From Planctomycetia bacterium (GTDB lineage Bacteria > Planctomycetota > UBA8108 > UBA1146), in the NCBI GenBank assembly GCA_012269595.1, contig JAAXJX010000023.1, positions 996 to 64,995 on the forward strand: a stretch of DNA of 64,000 nucleotides, in the 5' to 3' direction. The first letter of the stretch is position 1; each line of letters opens with the position of its first letter. The notes below the pieces were generated by a model. The model worked only from the letters and a program-made list of their open reading frames with translations, was not told the DNA's origin and did no database searches. Of the stretch, positions 1 to 9,421 are shown piece after piece. The translations under genes were made by a program, and so were the position numbers.

Positions 1-1359
1 CTGCTTGGTGAACACGCTGACGGTGATCGGGATCATCGGGTAGACGCAGGGGGTGACCAATGCGAGGAACGCTCCACTGATGGCCAACAGAATCACGCCG
101 AGCAATCCCTGATCCTCGGTTTCAGACTGAATGTCCCCTCGGAATGCAGGGATTCTTTTCTCCGGGGAAACCTTGCCATCGATCCGCAGGGTGACGACGT
201 CTCCGCTTCCTATGGTGGAACCGGCTTCCAGAGTTGCGGTCAACTGCAAATCTTCATTGGCGAAGGTCGCCACGCGCGGGTCGCTCTCCTCAGCCAGCCC
301 TGGTGCCGAGCTTTCCTCAGCCCCAGATCCGCTTCCCACGGGAAGGTCGAGGTTCAATCTCTCTTCAGGCAGACACATCATGGCGTCGCACGACATCGAC
401 TCGACGATCAGCGGCAATGTACCCGAGGTCAGTTCTTCTTGGCCCTCATACTGGAGGGTGACCTCGAAGCGGGCCTTGCGCTGGTGCTTGATACTGTTTC
501 CACCGATCAGTGGATCAAAACCCTTGTAGGGTGCGGTCAGTTCCTTGACCTCGATCACTTTCAGGGAAGAACCATCCGCAGTGAGGAATCGGGTAGGGGT
601 GCCATTTTCGGGATTCATTTCAAGGCCGTAAATGTGCCAGCCCCGTTCGATCTCCGCTCCGACTTCCACCTTGAAGGTTTCACCAGGGATCACTTTCCCT
701 AGAGTGGGAACGGTCCATTTCACGGGAGAATCATCCGCCTGGAAGGTCGCAGTCGCCGCCTCTTTTCCGGGTACCTCTGTTCCCACCGTCACTTCTGTAC
801 TGAGTACGACCGTATTGGGCAGCAAACACTCCTTGGCATCGCAGGCCTGGTAGGTCACCGAAACCGTTACCGTCCGCGGTCCAGGCTGCGCATCCTCCGG
901 CGCACGAAGAGGGATCCTGAAGATCGTCTTTCCTTCGTGTTCGAGATAATACTCTTCACCGACTTCGCGCTCATGGGGCTCGGGCTCCGAGATCTCTCCG
1001 TCAAAGAGCAGGTCCTTCGATTCGAGAACCACGATGGAGGTGGCCACCCCCCACTCCGGATCCTGATTCAGTCCATAGATATGCCAGCCCCGCTCCATTG
1101 CGGCTTCGAGTTCGAGCTGGACGAGTCCCCCTGGAGCGAGACCCTCTGCTTTTTTGAGGCTCACCGTGACCGGGTTGTCCGATCCGAAGATGGCATCACC
1201 GAATCCACCGTCTCCAAATCCCCCTGCTCCCAATCCGTCCTGCTCCAGTTGGTCGAGCAGACCTCCTCCCGCCCCGGGCTGGGCCGGCAGGGTTTGACTG
1301 AAGCCTGGAAGGGTCAATATCGTGATCAGGGTCAGGACCCCCAGCAGGATATTTTTCAT
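1..1359 (-). CDS. dsbD: Protein-disulfide reductase DsbD family (3' end runs off window), with signal peptide and two tandem N-terminal nDsbD domains
   Basis: Manual translation, absent from the ORF track: no stop from ATG 1359 to base 1. RBS GAGGAG. Two ERGWHIYGL motifs, each followed by a Cx4C pair (YQACDAKECLLP, SMSCDAMMCLP), then the TM motif LVTPCVYPMIPITVS. Confidence 0.88.
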   Translation of the reverse strand, partial: MKNILLGVLTLITILTLPGFSQTLPAQPGAGGGLLDQLEQDGLGAGGFGDGGFGDAIFGSDNPVTVSLKKAEGLAPGGLVQLELEAAMERGWHIYGLNQDPEWGVATSIVVLESKDLLFDGEISEPEPHEREVGEEYYLEHEGKTIFRIPLRAPEDAQPGPRTVTVSVTYQACDAKECLLPNTVVLSTEVTVGTEVPGKEAATATFQADDSPVKWTVPTLGKVIPGETFKVEVGAEIERGWHIYGLEMNPENGTPTRFLTADGSSLKVIEVKELTAPYKGFDPLIGGNSIKHQRKARFEVTLQYEGQEELTSGTLPLIVESMSCDAMMCLPEERLNLDLPVGSGSGAEESSAPGLAEESDPRVATFANEDLQLTATLEAGSTIGSGDVVTLRIDGKVSPEKRIPAFRGDIQSETEDQGLLGVILLAISGAFLALVTPCVYPMIPITVSVFTKQ

Positions 1360-1399
1360 CGGCAGAATCTCCTCAGAGTGATCTCGGATCGGCGGATTA

Positions 1400-1681
1400 T
1401 CAGCGGCTCGATTCGCGGGGGCCTTCGATGGCACGGACGATGTCCTCCTCAGGGAATGCACCTCCACCGGGGGTGTAGGCACGGACCCACTGGTCACCGA
1501 CGACGAGGAAGGGAATCCCCTTCTTGCCGGTTTCCTGCTCCAGGCGCTCGGCGGCACCTTCCACTTCGTCGATATTGACGACGTCGTATTCGACTCCGAG
1601 TCCATCCAGGAAGCGGACAGCAACAGTGCAATCAGGGCACCAGGGTGCGCTGTACAACTGGATTTTGGCGTGGTCACTCAT
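1400..1681 (-). CDS. Glutaredoxin/NrdH-like redoxin
   Basis: 93 aa with YSAPWCPDC active site and GIP cis-Pro motif; directly upstream of dsbD. Confidence 0.85.
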   Translation of the reverse strand: MSDHAKIQLYSAPWCPDCTVAVRFLDGLGVEYDVVNIDEVEGAAERLEQETGKKGIPFLVVGDQWVRAYTPGGGAFPEEDIVRAIEGPRESSR

Positions 1682-1992
1682 CTCGGCCTCTTTTCAACAC
1701 AAGGAATGCGGGGAGGGCTCAATTTGACGTCGAGCCTGCCGCAACGGTCATGAAATGCTAGCACAACGGCCCTTCCAGGGCGACTAAAGGTGGTGTGCCG
1801 CAATCCTCTCCAGCCCTGAAAAATCCTCTGAATTCGTTGCTCAGGCGACTTGGACTCCGGTGCTTGAGGACGATATCCTGACGCCAGAGGTGAAGCTTCG
1901 GTTCCCGGTTCACTTCAGAGTCAGGAATGATCGGGAAGAGTGACTTTTCACCCCCGGAATTACCCGCCTTGAAAGGTGGTCCCTTGAGAGAC

Positions 1993-2823
1993 ATGCGACA
2001 GACTTTTCGGATCGGTGAGAAGGAATTCGCTGCTCCCCTGTGGATCATCGGTCCCGACGTCATCGAGGATGAAGGCTTCGCCGTCGAGGTCGCCCACGTC
2101 ATCGCCGAGGCGGCCCAAAGACGAAACCTTCCGGTCATCTTCAAAGCCAGTTATGAAAAAGCGAATCGATCCAGTACTGATTCCTTCCGTGGTCCCGGAC
2201 TGGAAAAAGGCTTGCCCATCCTTGCTCGAATCCGTGAAGAGACCGGACTTCCGATCACCACCGACATTCATGACAATGAGCAGGCACAACGGGCCGCAGA
2301 AGTGGTCGACGTGCTGCAGATCCCCGCATTTCTCTGTCGCCAGAACTCCCTTCTGGAAGCTTCTGCTGCCACAGGGAAAATCGTCAATCTCAAGAAGGGG
2401 CAATTTCTTTCCCCCTGGGACATCGCCAGCCGTGTCAAGGTTCTCAACACCGCTGGAGCGGCGGATGTGTGGATCACGGAACGAGGTTCATCTTTTGGCT
2501 ACCAACGCCTGATCAACGATTTCCGTGCAATTCCCATCACCCAGGAAACCGGTGCAGCCCTGATCTTTGATGCGACTCACAGCGTCCAGACACCCGGCGG
2601 TGCTGAGGGGGTCTCGGGAGGAGAACGCCACTTCATTCCCGTTCTTGCACGCGCGGCGGCAGCAGCGGGTGCCGATGGTTTCTTTTTTGAAGTCCACCCG
2701 GATCCGGAGAAGGCACTCTGTGATGGCCCCAATGCCTTGCCCCTGGATCAACTCGATGCCCTTCTCAACCAGTTGGAGCCGATCGCCCGGGTGACACGGG
2801 AAATCCCTCCCCTGGACCTTTGA
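1993..2823 (+). CDS. kdsA: 3-deoxy-8-phosphooctulonate (KDO8P) synthase
   Basis: KANRSS, QIPAFLCRQ, KKGQF, ERG, DATHSVQ, EVHPDP, CDGP motifs; start taken at ATG 1993. Confidence 0.95.
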   Translation: MRQTFRIGEKEFAAPLWIIGPDVIEDEGFAVEVAHVIAEAAQRRNLPVIFKASYEKANRSSTDSFRGPGLEKGLPILARIREETGLPITTDIHDNEQAQRAAEVVDVLQIPAFLCRQNSLLEASAATGKIVNLKKGQFLSPWDIASRVKVLNTAGAADVWITERGSSFGYQRLINDFRAIPITQETGAALIFDATHSVQTPGGAEGVSGGERHFIPVLARAAAAAGADGFFFEVHPDPEKALCDGPNALPLDQLDALLNQLEPIARVTREIPPLDL

Positions 2824-2827
2824 TCCC

Positions 2828-3562
2828 ATGGTCGCTCCCCTGCGACAGTGGAAGGTTCGGGTCGTTATTCCCGCATTGAATGAAGAACTCTCCTTGGGTG
2901 AGGTCCTTCGGGCTCTTCCAGAAGATCAGGTGACTTCGATTCACGTCGCCGACAACGGTTCCACGGACAGAACCGCAGAAGTTGCCGCCGGACAGGGCGC
3001 AAGAGTGGTTCATGAACCCCGCAAGGGTTACGGATCAGCCTGTCTTGCCGCCCTCGGAGATGTGCGATCGGTCATCGAAGATCCCGAAAAGGAAATCGTG
3101 GTCTTTCTCGATGCAGACTTTTCCGATGATCCGACCTGCCTGCCCATTCTGATCGAACCCCTGATTCGGGGAGAAGCGGACCTGGTCCTCGGCAATCGCG
3201 CACATCGTGGAATCTCCAAGGGAGCCCTGACCCCCCAGCAACGATTCGGGAACCGCCTTGCCACCCTCCTGATCCGTTTGATTCATGGTGTGAGTTACCG
3301 GGATCTGGGCCCCTTTCGGGCTCTTCGTTGGGAAACTCTGGAACAAATGAAAATGCAGGATCCGGACTTTGGCTGGACCGTGGAAATGCAAATCAAGGCC
3401 GCCCGAATGAACTTGCGCTTCAGGGAAATCGATCTCCCTTACCGCCCCCGAATCGGAACCTCAAAAATTTCCGGCACCCTGAAAGGCTCATTTCAGGCCG
3501 GAGTAAAAATCATGTCATGGGTTTTACGGGACCTCTGGGCAGGCCCTCGCAATCAAACTTGA
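2828..3562 (+). CDS. Glycosyltransferase family 2 (DPM1-like)
   Basis: VIPALNEE, DNGSTD, GYGSA, FLDAD, GPFRA, GTSKISG. Confidence 0.9.
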   Translation: MVAPLRQWKVRVVIPALNEELSLGEVLRALPEDQVTSIHVADNGSTDRTAEVAAGQGARVVHEPRKGYGSACLAALGDVRSVIEDPEKEIVVFLDADFSDDPTCLPILIEPLIRGEADLVLGNRAHRGISKGALTPQQRFGNRLATLLIRLIHGVSYRDLGPFRALRWETLEQMKMQDPDFGWTVEMQIKAARMNLRFREIDLPYRPRIGTSKISGTLKGSFQAGVKIMSWVLRDLWAGPRNQT

Positions 3563-3615
3563 ATCGGTGCACACTGCACCTTGACCATTGGGTTTGTATT
3601 TTGAATCGGGGACTC

Positions 3616-3939
3616 TTGGACGGCATCTCTTGTGACCGCTGTGGAAAAAGCCTTCTGATCGACGAAGAGGTTCGTTATCAGGTGAAGGTCGTCGTCCAGG
3701 CCGCCTATGATCCCATGGAAATTTCAGCGGAAGACTTGCAGGGAACCGGACCCGAATCCTGGAAAAGCCTGATCAAATCCCTCGAAAATCTCAGTGCCGA
3801 GGAAGCACAGGACCAGGTCTACCGGGAGATTCGCTTCGACCTCTGTCCCCCGTGCCAGAAGATCTACCTGACCAATCCCATCCCCGGAACAGATGTCAGT
3901 GGATCTTCCAATGCCAGTGGTTCGGGAATTTCCACATAG
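3616..3939 (+). CDS. Small hypothetical protein with split CxxC...CxxC zinc site
   Basis: CDRCGK near the N-terminus and FDLCPPC near the C-terminus; TTG start estimated. Confidence 0.65.
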   Translation: MDGISCDRCGKSLLIDEEVRYQVKVVVQAAYDPMEISAEDLQGTGPESWKSLIKSLENLSAEEAQDQVYREIRFDLCPPCQKIYLTNPIPGTDVSGSSNASGSGIST

Positions 3940-4931
3940 ATCTCTCCCACCTGTTTTCCCGACACGTTTGTCACACGAGGAGGATGATCGGTGATCCAGC
4001 GATCAAAGGTGGTTTCGTCGATCCAGTGAACTCTCTTGAGCAGGTGTGGAATCACGTGGATCAGTCCTCGATCTGCGCCGTCGTGACTCTTGATCACCAA
4101 TGATCCTTTTTTGCCCCAGATCACCATGACGCCTTCCGCCCCTTCCTTGGCCCGAAATTTTCCGGCCAGGTACGGTCTCCAGAGGAGAGGAAGCCGTCCC
4201 TCACCGCTGAATGCCTTGGGGTGGGAATCGATGGCGTCGTGGACCCTTTGCACCCTGTTTTCCAGACCACAACCCTTGAGAAACTCCGTGTGATGCAGTC
4301 GCTGGAACGCCCTTGCGATCGAGAGCAAAGGCATGTGGTAAGTGGGTGCTCCACAACCGTCGGTCCCGTAACGTTCCTCTGTGAGCACCTCACCACTGAA
4401 GAGCTCAATCATTGCACGAATCGCTCGCTGAAGGGGATGCCTGAACTCAAGGTAGTCTGCCAGGTCGTACTGTTGGTGGATGGCCGCCAGCAACATGCCG
4501 CTGTGTTTGCCTGAGCAATTGTTGCAGGTGGCGTCCAGAGGTTCCTTTTCAGACAACATTCTCTGCCTCTGCCTGCGAGAAAAGGGCGCGTGAATTCCAC
4601 ACTTGAGGTCACTGATGGAAAGATCACCCTTGGCGAGAAGGCCTCTGACAAGATCCCTGTGCAACTCTTCTCCCGCATGACTGGCACAAATCACGGCCAG
4701 TTCGCGAGGTGTCAGTGTGTAAGCCTCATCGATTCCGGCACGCAGGAGAGAGAGGGCCTGAAAGGGTTTCGCAACAGAGCGGAGAAATGTCCCCCTGTCG
4801 GCAGCTCCAAACAAGAGCGGGCTGCCACCATGGGGATACATGATCGCAGTGGCCGAATGGCGGGATTCTTCACAGGTCCCCCTGCCAACGATCGTTTGAA
4901 TCTGGAATAGATTTTCAGTGTGACCGGCCAA
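3864..4931 (-). CDS. L-asparaginase II (Rhizobium-type) family
   Basis: RSVAKPFQ, CASHAGE, NNCSGKH, DGCGAP, KEGAEG. Confidence 0.9.
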   Translation of the reverse strand: MAGHTENLFQIQTIVGRGTCEESRHSATAIMYPHGGSPLLFGAADRGTFLRSVAKPFQALSLLRAGIDEAYTLTPRELAVICASHAGEELHRDLVRGLLAKGDLSISDLKCGIHAPFSRRQRQRMLSEKEPLDATCNNCSGKHSGMLLAAIHQQYDLADYLEFRHPLQRAIRAMIELFSGEVLTEERYGTDGCGAPTYHMPLLSIARAFQRLHHTEFLKGCGLENRVQRVHDAIDSHPKAFSGEGRLPLLWRPYLAGKFRAKEGAEGVMVIWGKKGSLVIKSHDGADRGLIHVIPHLLKRVHWIDETTFDRWITDHPPRVTNVSGKQVGEIYVEIPEPLALEDPLTSVPGMGLVR

Positions 4932-4948
4932 TAATGCCTCCGCGGCGA

Positions 4949-7558
4949 TTACTCCCTGACCGGCTCCTCACTGACTTCTTCGACAGGGGCCGGATCGGTT
5001 TCTTTTTCAATAGGCTCCGATCGAGCTTCCAGCGCATCGATACGGTTCAATATAGTTTCCCGTTCAGATCGCTCTTCCGCTAGCACTCTTAAGGCACGAA
5101 TCAACTCTGCTTCCGCAGTTTCGAGTCTGTTTTGTTCCAATTGATCCAATAACCATGTCCACGGATCTCTGGAGAAGTAGCTTTTCACTGACGGAACACC
5201 ACTCCCGGTGGTGACGGCCTCGAGATAGACCGTGAAAGACTGGATGATTCTGGGAGCTGCGCCTGCCCCCAATGCTTCGGAGACCACTGCACGTCCATCG
5301 ATTTCCCGGGCCAGTTGGCGTAAACGGGCGACCGCTTCTGCATGCGGACCCGTGACGGGCTCGCTGCCGATCAATGCCAGTGAATCCACCAGTTCCTGTT
5401 TCATGTCATTCCAGGCAACATCGTCAGCAGCCGCTTCCGACTGAACTCCAGCAGAGGTCCGTGCCAGATAATCCTGAATAAGGACTTCGAACCGCCTGGC
5501 CTGCAATTGAATCCAACGCTGGAACCTCTGAGGGTCACGATCGCGGAGATCGGTCGGCTGTACCTTCGCCCGCAGCAGGTCAATGAGTGAAGACGATTCC
5601 AGAAGTTTGGATCCCCAGGGGTTCAACTCGCCTTCAGCGTTGAGCAGGAATACCTGAGCCAACTGCAGGGTTTCATCCCCCACAACCTGTGTCGTCGCCA
5701 ATTTGAGAGCGGACTCCCGGAGCGTATCAGAGGATGAAATCTCTCCCAGAATCCTGACGATTCCACTGACCGCCTCGCTTCCGCCAATCGAGCCAATCAT
5801 TGCCAGGGCAGCTCCACGTTCCGCCTCACTCTCCCCGGCCCCCTGCAGGACCATCGAGACGAGAATGGGAATCCCCTCCGGAACACCCAGTCGTCCGATG
5901 CCATTGATGGCCAATGAGCGAATGTTGGACTCTTTTGTCGCTTTGATCAGTTCATCGTAATACTGCAAGACCTGGCCCACAGAAGACTGCGGTACCTGGC
6001 CATAGACCAGAGCTTCCAGGACCACTTCTCCCAGAGGCGGACTCAGTCTGGCAACACGGAAGAGAATACCCACTGTGTTTTCAGAGAACCCGATGGTTCG
6101 GGCTGCCCCTACCAATCGCCGGATTTCGGCACCATCGACTTTTTTATCCACCCCGGGAATAAACCGGATGATGGCGGCGTCGACTTCGTCGGAAACAGGA
6201 GCACGCAAGGCCATCGCGGTACTCAAGGCCTCCCGAGCCAGTCTTCGGGATCCGTTGGTCAGATCCGGGTTCAATCGGGAGATGTGGAATCGAAGGATCT
6301 GAAGAAGATCGGATTCCTCCCTGAAATCTTCAAATTCCCTCAGGGAAGAGAGGCTCAAAAGTGCGAGTTGCTGAAAGCGGGCAGTACTTCTGGCGCTGTT
6401 GGAACCCTCCTGAAGTACCGAGATCAAACGCTCGACGATGGGCCTGAAGAGGCGAACCCGGTTTTCACTTCCGCCATTCGAGTCAGAGGAGGCATATTCC
6501 TTGGAAAACTCACCGGCTCGACTGATCGCTGCAGACCGGATTCGATGGGTCTCGGCATTCGACATCGATTCGATCAACCAGTTCAGGTATCGCTCGGGAT
6601 TGCTTCCGGCGCGGAGATATTGATCCGCACGATTCCACATCGCCAATTCCCGCTCCTGGCCTGCCTCTTCCGTCCTGGCAACGATGCCATCCAGAATCGG
6701 CAAATCACCATTGGAGTCCCACCAGGCAATCCAGCCCGCCTGATCAAGTTCCAGTTTCATGAACTCACCCAAAGACGACAGAATCGTGGGTGTAGCGGTT
6801 TCAGCGGAATCACGCAGTCGATCGATGGCCGCCTCGATCACGGCTCGGGGATCACCCACGGTCAAAACGTCAAAGAGACGGGCCACCTGCAGCGGGTCAG
6901 TGGCCACTCGAAATTCCGTGATCAATCGGTCGCGAACCACTTCATCCAGAGACCATTTGCGGAAACTGTTTTCGACTTCCTCAAGGAAGGGCCAATTGGC
7001 TTCCTGCCGCAGCAAAACTGTCAGGATCAGAATGCCGGTGTTGCTGTTCGTGATCAGTTCATCCTGAAGGATCATTCGGGTGCGCACAGGATTTTCCAGA
7101 GCACGATCCGTCAGCATTTCAAGGATCAGGGGATTGATCCATTGAGGCGGGTCTTCCCGCTCCAGTCGGGCTCCAAGAAGCGTCATCGCCCGAACCCAGT
7201 CCGAGTTTTCAGAAGAATCGAAGAAACTGCGGACCTTTTTGCGCAACTGCTCGTCGGGATCCTCTTCGGCTGCAGGATCCTGGGGATCCTGTTTTTGGCC
7301 CGACTCCGCTGAGGGAATTGTGACCGGTGGATCCTGAGCTTCCTGACTCTGGATCTCCTCAACAGGGAGAGCCTTTGCCGGTTCCACCCTGACCGGTGTC
7401 TCAATCGAGACGCCATCGGCGGGTTCCTGTGAATACGCTTGATTCGAAACAGAAATCAGTCCGAGGGTGGAGAACACGTTCAGGAAAATGATCCAGAGCA
7501 AGAAAACCCCGGGAATCGGTGCTCTGCTCTCTGACCTGAAATTACCCCTGTCATCCAT
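4949..7558 (-). CDS. Large exported alpha-helical (HEAT-like) hypothetical protein
   Basis: Long ORF with hydrophobic N-terminal segment, Pro/Glu-rich linker, WIAWWD motif and HEAT-like segments (IRSLAINGIGRLG, RGAALAMIGSIGG); start uncertain (7558 or 7687). Confidence 0.7.
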   Translation of the reverse strand: MDDRGNFRSESRAPIPGVFLLWIIFLNVFSTLGLISVSNQAYSQEPADGVSIETPVRVEPAKALPVEEIQSQEAQDPPVTIPSAESGQKQDPQDPAAEEDPDEQLRKKVRSFFDSSENSDWVRAMTLLGARLEREDPPQWINPLILEMLTDRALENPVRTRMILQDELITNSNTGILILTVLLRQEANWPFLEEVENSFRKWSLDEVVRDRLITEFRVATDPLQVARLFDVLTVGDPRAVIEAAIDRLRDSAETATPTILSSLGEFMKLELDQAGWIAWWDSNGDLPILDGIVARTEEAGQERELAMWNRADQYLRAGSNPERYLNWLIESMSNAETHRIRSAAISRAGEFSKEYASSDSNGGSENRVRLFRPIVERLISVLQEGSNSARSTARFQQLALLSLSSLREFEDFREESDLLQILRFHISRLNPDLTNGSRRLAREALSTAMALRAPVSDEVDAAIIRFIPGVDKKVDGAEIRRLVGAARTIGFSENTVGILFRVARLSPPLGEVVLEALVYGQVPQSSVGQVLQYYDELIKATKESNIRSLAINGIGRLGVPEGIPILVSMVLQGAGESEAERGAALAMIGSIGGSEAVSGIVRILGEISSSDTLRESALKLATTQVVGDETLQLAQVFLLNAEGELNPWGSKLLESSSLIDLLRAKVQPTDLRDRDPQRFQRWIQLQARRFEVLIQDYLARTSAGVQSEAAADDVAWNDMKQELVDSLALIGSEPVTGPHAEAVARLRQLAREIDGRAVVSEALGAGAAPRIIQSFTVYLEAVTTGSGVPSVKSYFSRDPWTWLLDQLEQNRLETAEAELIRALRVLAEERSERETILNRIDALEARSEPIEKETDPAPVEEVSEEPVRE

Positions 7559-7823
7559 CGATCGGATTCCTTTGATCGACAAATTATTCCCCCTGAACTT
7601 CACGCGCTTGTGCCCAATCCTCTTTTGCCAAATTAATTGGATTCCGAAAGGTCTATCCCTGAATCCCGAAGGGTGATTCAGAAGCAAAACCCCGCTGAGA
7701 GAGTGACGGCGCCGTCAGTGGAAACGTGCCCACAAAACACGAAGGGTCCCGGTACCCTGCTCAAGCCTGAACAGTGTACTCCCTGACAGGGATCTTGACT
7801 GCCTGATTCTCTGAAGAACCTGA

Positions 7824-8402
7824 TTAGAAAATGCCGGTGCTGAAATTGTCATCCGGAGGAGGCATCGACTCCTCCGACTCTGTCGGTTCCGGCTTGTTGA
7901 GGAATTCTGCTTCGGAAGCTCTCTCGCGCTCCACATCCTCCAGGGGCCCCCGGGGTGCAGGCTGTTCACGACGTTCACGTTCCGGAGCACGATTCTGCCT
8001 CTCGGTGGAGCGCTCCTCCTCGTAGTCGTCCTCTTCATCGAGGAAATTATCGTAGGCATCCAAAACCGAATCCTGAATCTCTTCACGGAATTCGGTCACG
8101 ATGGGGTGGGCGATGTCTGCGTGAAGCTTGCTGCGTCCCTGCTCGACCTGATCAGAAAGTGAGCGATCGATGGAATTTCCACACTGATTGCAATAGTTGC
8201 TGCGAACCACGTTTTTAAAATTGCACCCGGGGCAACGAACCGTCAACTTCCGGCTCGGCATGGCAATGAACAGGCCCTTGCTGCCTTCGATCACGCGAAT
8301 ATCACGGACGACAAAGCAGTGATCGAATGTGACGCTGCAAAAAGCCTTGAGCTTGTCTTCCTTGGATCCCGCAGGACTGACTCGAATTTCAGTAATTTCC
8401 AA
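7824..8402 (-). CDS. spoVG: SpoVG family protein with zinc-ribbon insert and acidic tail
   Basis: MEITEIRV, LKAFCSVTFD, GLFIAMPSRK, DIAHPI; CPGC/CNQC insert. Confidence 0.9.
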   Translation of the reverse strand: MEITEIRVSPAGSKEDKLKAFCSVTFDHCFVVRDIRVIEGSKGLFIAMPSRKLTVRCPGCNFKNVVRSNYCNQCGNSIDRSLSDQVEQGRSKLHADIAHPIVTEFREEIQDSVLDAYDNFLDEEDDYEEERSTERQNRAPERERREQPAPRGPLEDVERERASEAEFLNKPEPTESEESMPPPDDNFSTGIF

Positions 8403-8470
8403 GGGGCCTCACCTTCCTGTCTCCGACCGAACTGGTGGTCAACAAATTTGCAGGACCAGGCGAAGACGTG

Positions 8471-9421
8471 TCAGGAACCGGTCAGCAACGAAACCACATG
8501 GATCTCGTCACCATGAATACCGTCAACTGAGGCGTCATCTCCCGCCCGGAATCTGGAAGCGATCAACCCTCTCAGAAGGGTGGCATCCGCCTCAGAAGCT
8601 TCAGGGCCAGCAGCAAAAATGACAAAACCAGAGCCACTTCCGGTCATGATCCAGCGACCGGAAAAATGATCTTCCAGCAGATCGGAGATCAGGGCGATTC
8701 TGGGATCCAGCGTCCTCGCTCCATCGAGCAGTCGATTGAACAGATGCCGGAATCCTTCCTGCCCATGCCGGAAGTTCTTTATATTGAAATTGCGACACAT
8801 ATGGCCGGATGTCAAGGGACCGCTCAACTGCTGATAAACCTCCGCAGTGCTGAGACCAAAGCCCGGATACCAGATGCACGCATGGGGAGAGAGCCCCGTA
8901 AATAAAGGCTCCTGTATGGCTTCGAGAATTTCTCCGCGACCGCGGACCACTGCAGGTCCATCTCCCAGAAAAAAGGAAATATCAGAACCCAGCTCCTCTG
9001 CATCCGCTAACACCCCTGCCCATCCACGGGGATCAGGATACCGTCGATGAAGGCACTTCAGGATGGCTGCAGCATTTCCGCTGCCTCCACCCAAACCCGC
9101 CTGCGCCGGAATCCTTTTGATCAATTCCATCTGTACCGGGGGAATCGGTCGACTCTGGCGAGCTTGATGAAGCGCTTTGAGAACCAGATTGGAGGGGTCC
9201 GCAGGGGCTCCCCCTTCCGGTACTTCCAACAGATCTTCCGGGGCGTCGAACGTCAGAGCGAGGTGATCCACCAATGTGGTCGGCACCATCAATGAAACCA
9301 GTTCATGAAAGCCATCGTCACGGCGCCCCAGAATTTCCAGCCACAAATTGATCTTGGCCGGGGAGGTGACGGTGAGTGTATGTTCAGTTTCTCTCACCAC
9401 CGGAATCATGGGCGCATTCAT
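8471..9421 (-). CDS. ispE: 4-diphosphocytidyl-2-C-methyl-D-erythritol kinase
   Basis: PAKINLWL, KRIPAQAGLGGGSGNAA, LGSD, MTGSGS. Confidence 0.95.
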   Translation of the reverse strand: MNAPMIPVVRETEHTLTVTSPAKINLWLEILGRRDDGFHELVSLMVPTTLVDHLALTFDAPEDLLEVPEGGAPADPSNLVLKALHQARQSRPIPPVQMELIKRIPAQAGLGGGSGNAAAILKCLHRRYPDPRGWAGVLADAEELGSDISFFLGDGPAVVRGRGEILEAIQEPLFTGLSPHACIWYPGFGLSTAEVYQQLSGPLTSGHMCRNFNIKNFRHGQEGFRHLFNRLLDGARTLDPRIALISDLLEDHFSGRWIMTGSGSGFVIFAAGPEASEADATLLRGLIASRFRAGDDASVDGIHGDEIHVVSLLTGS

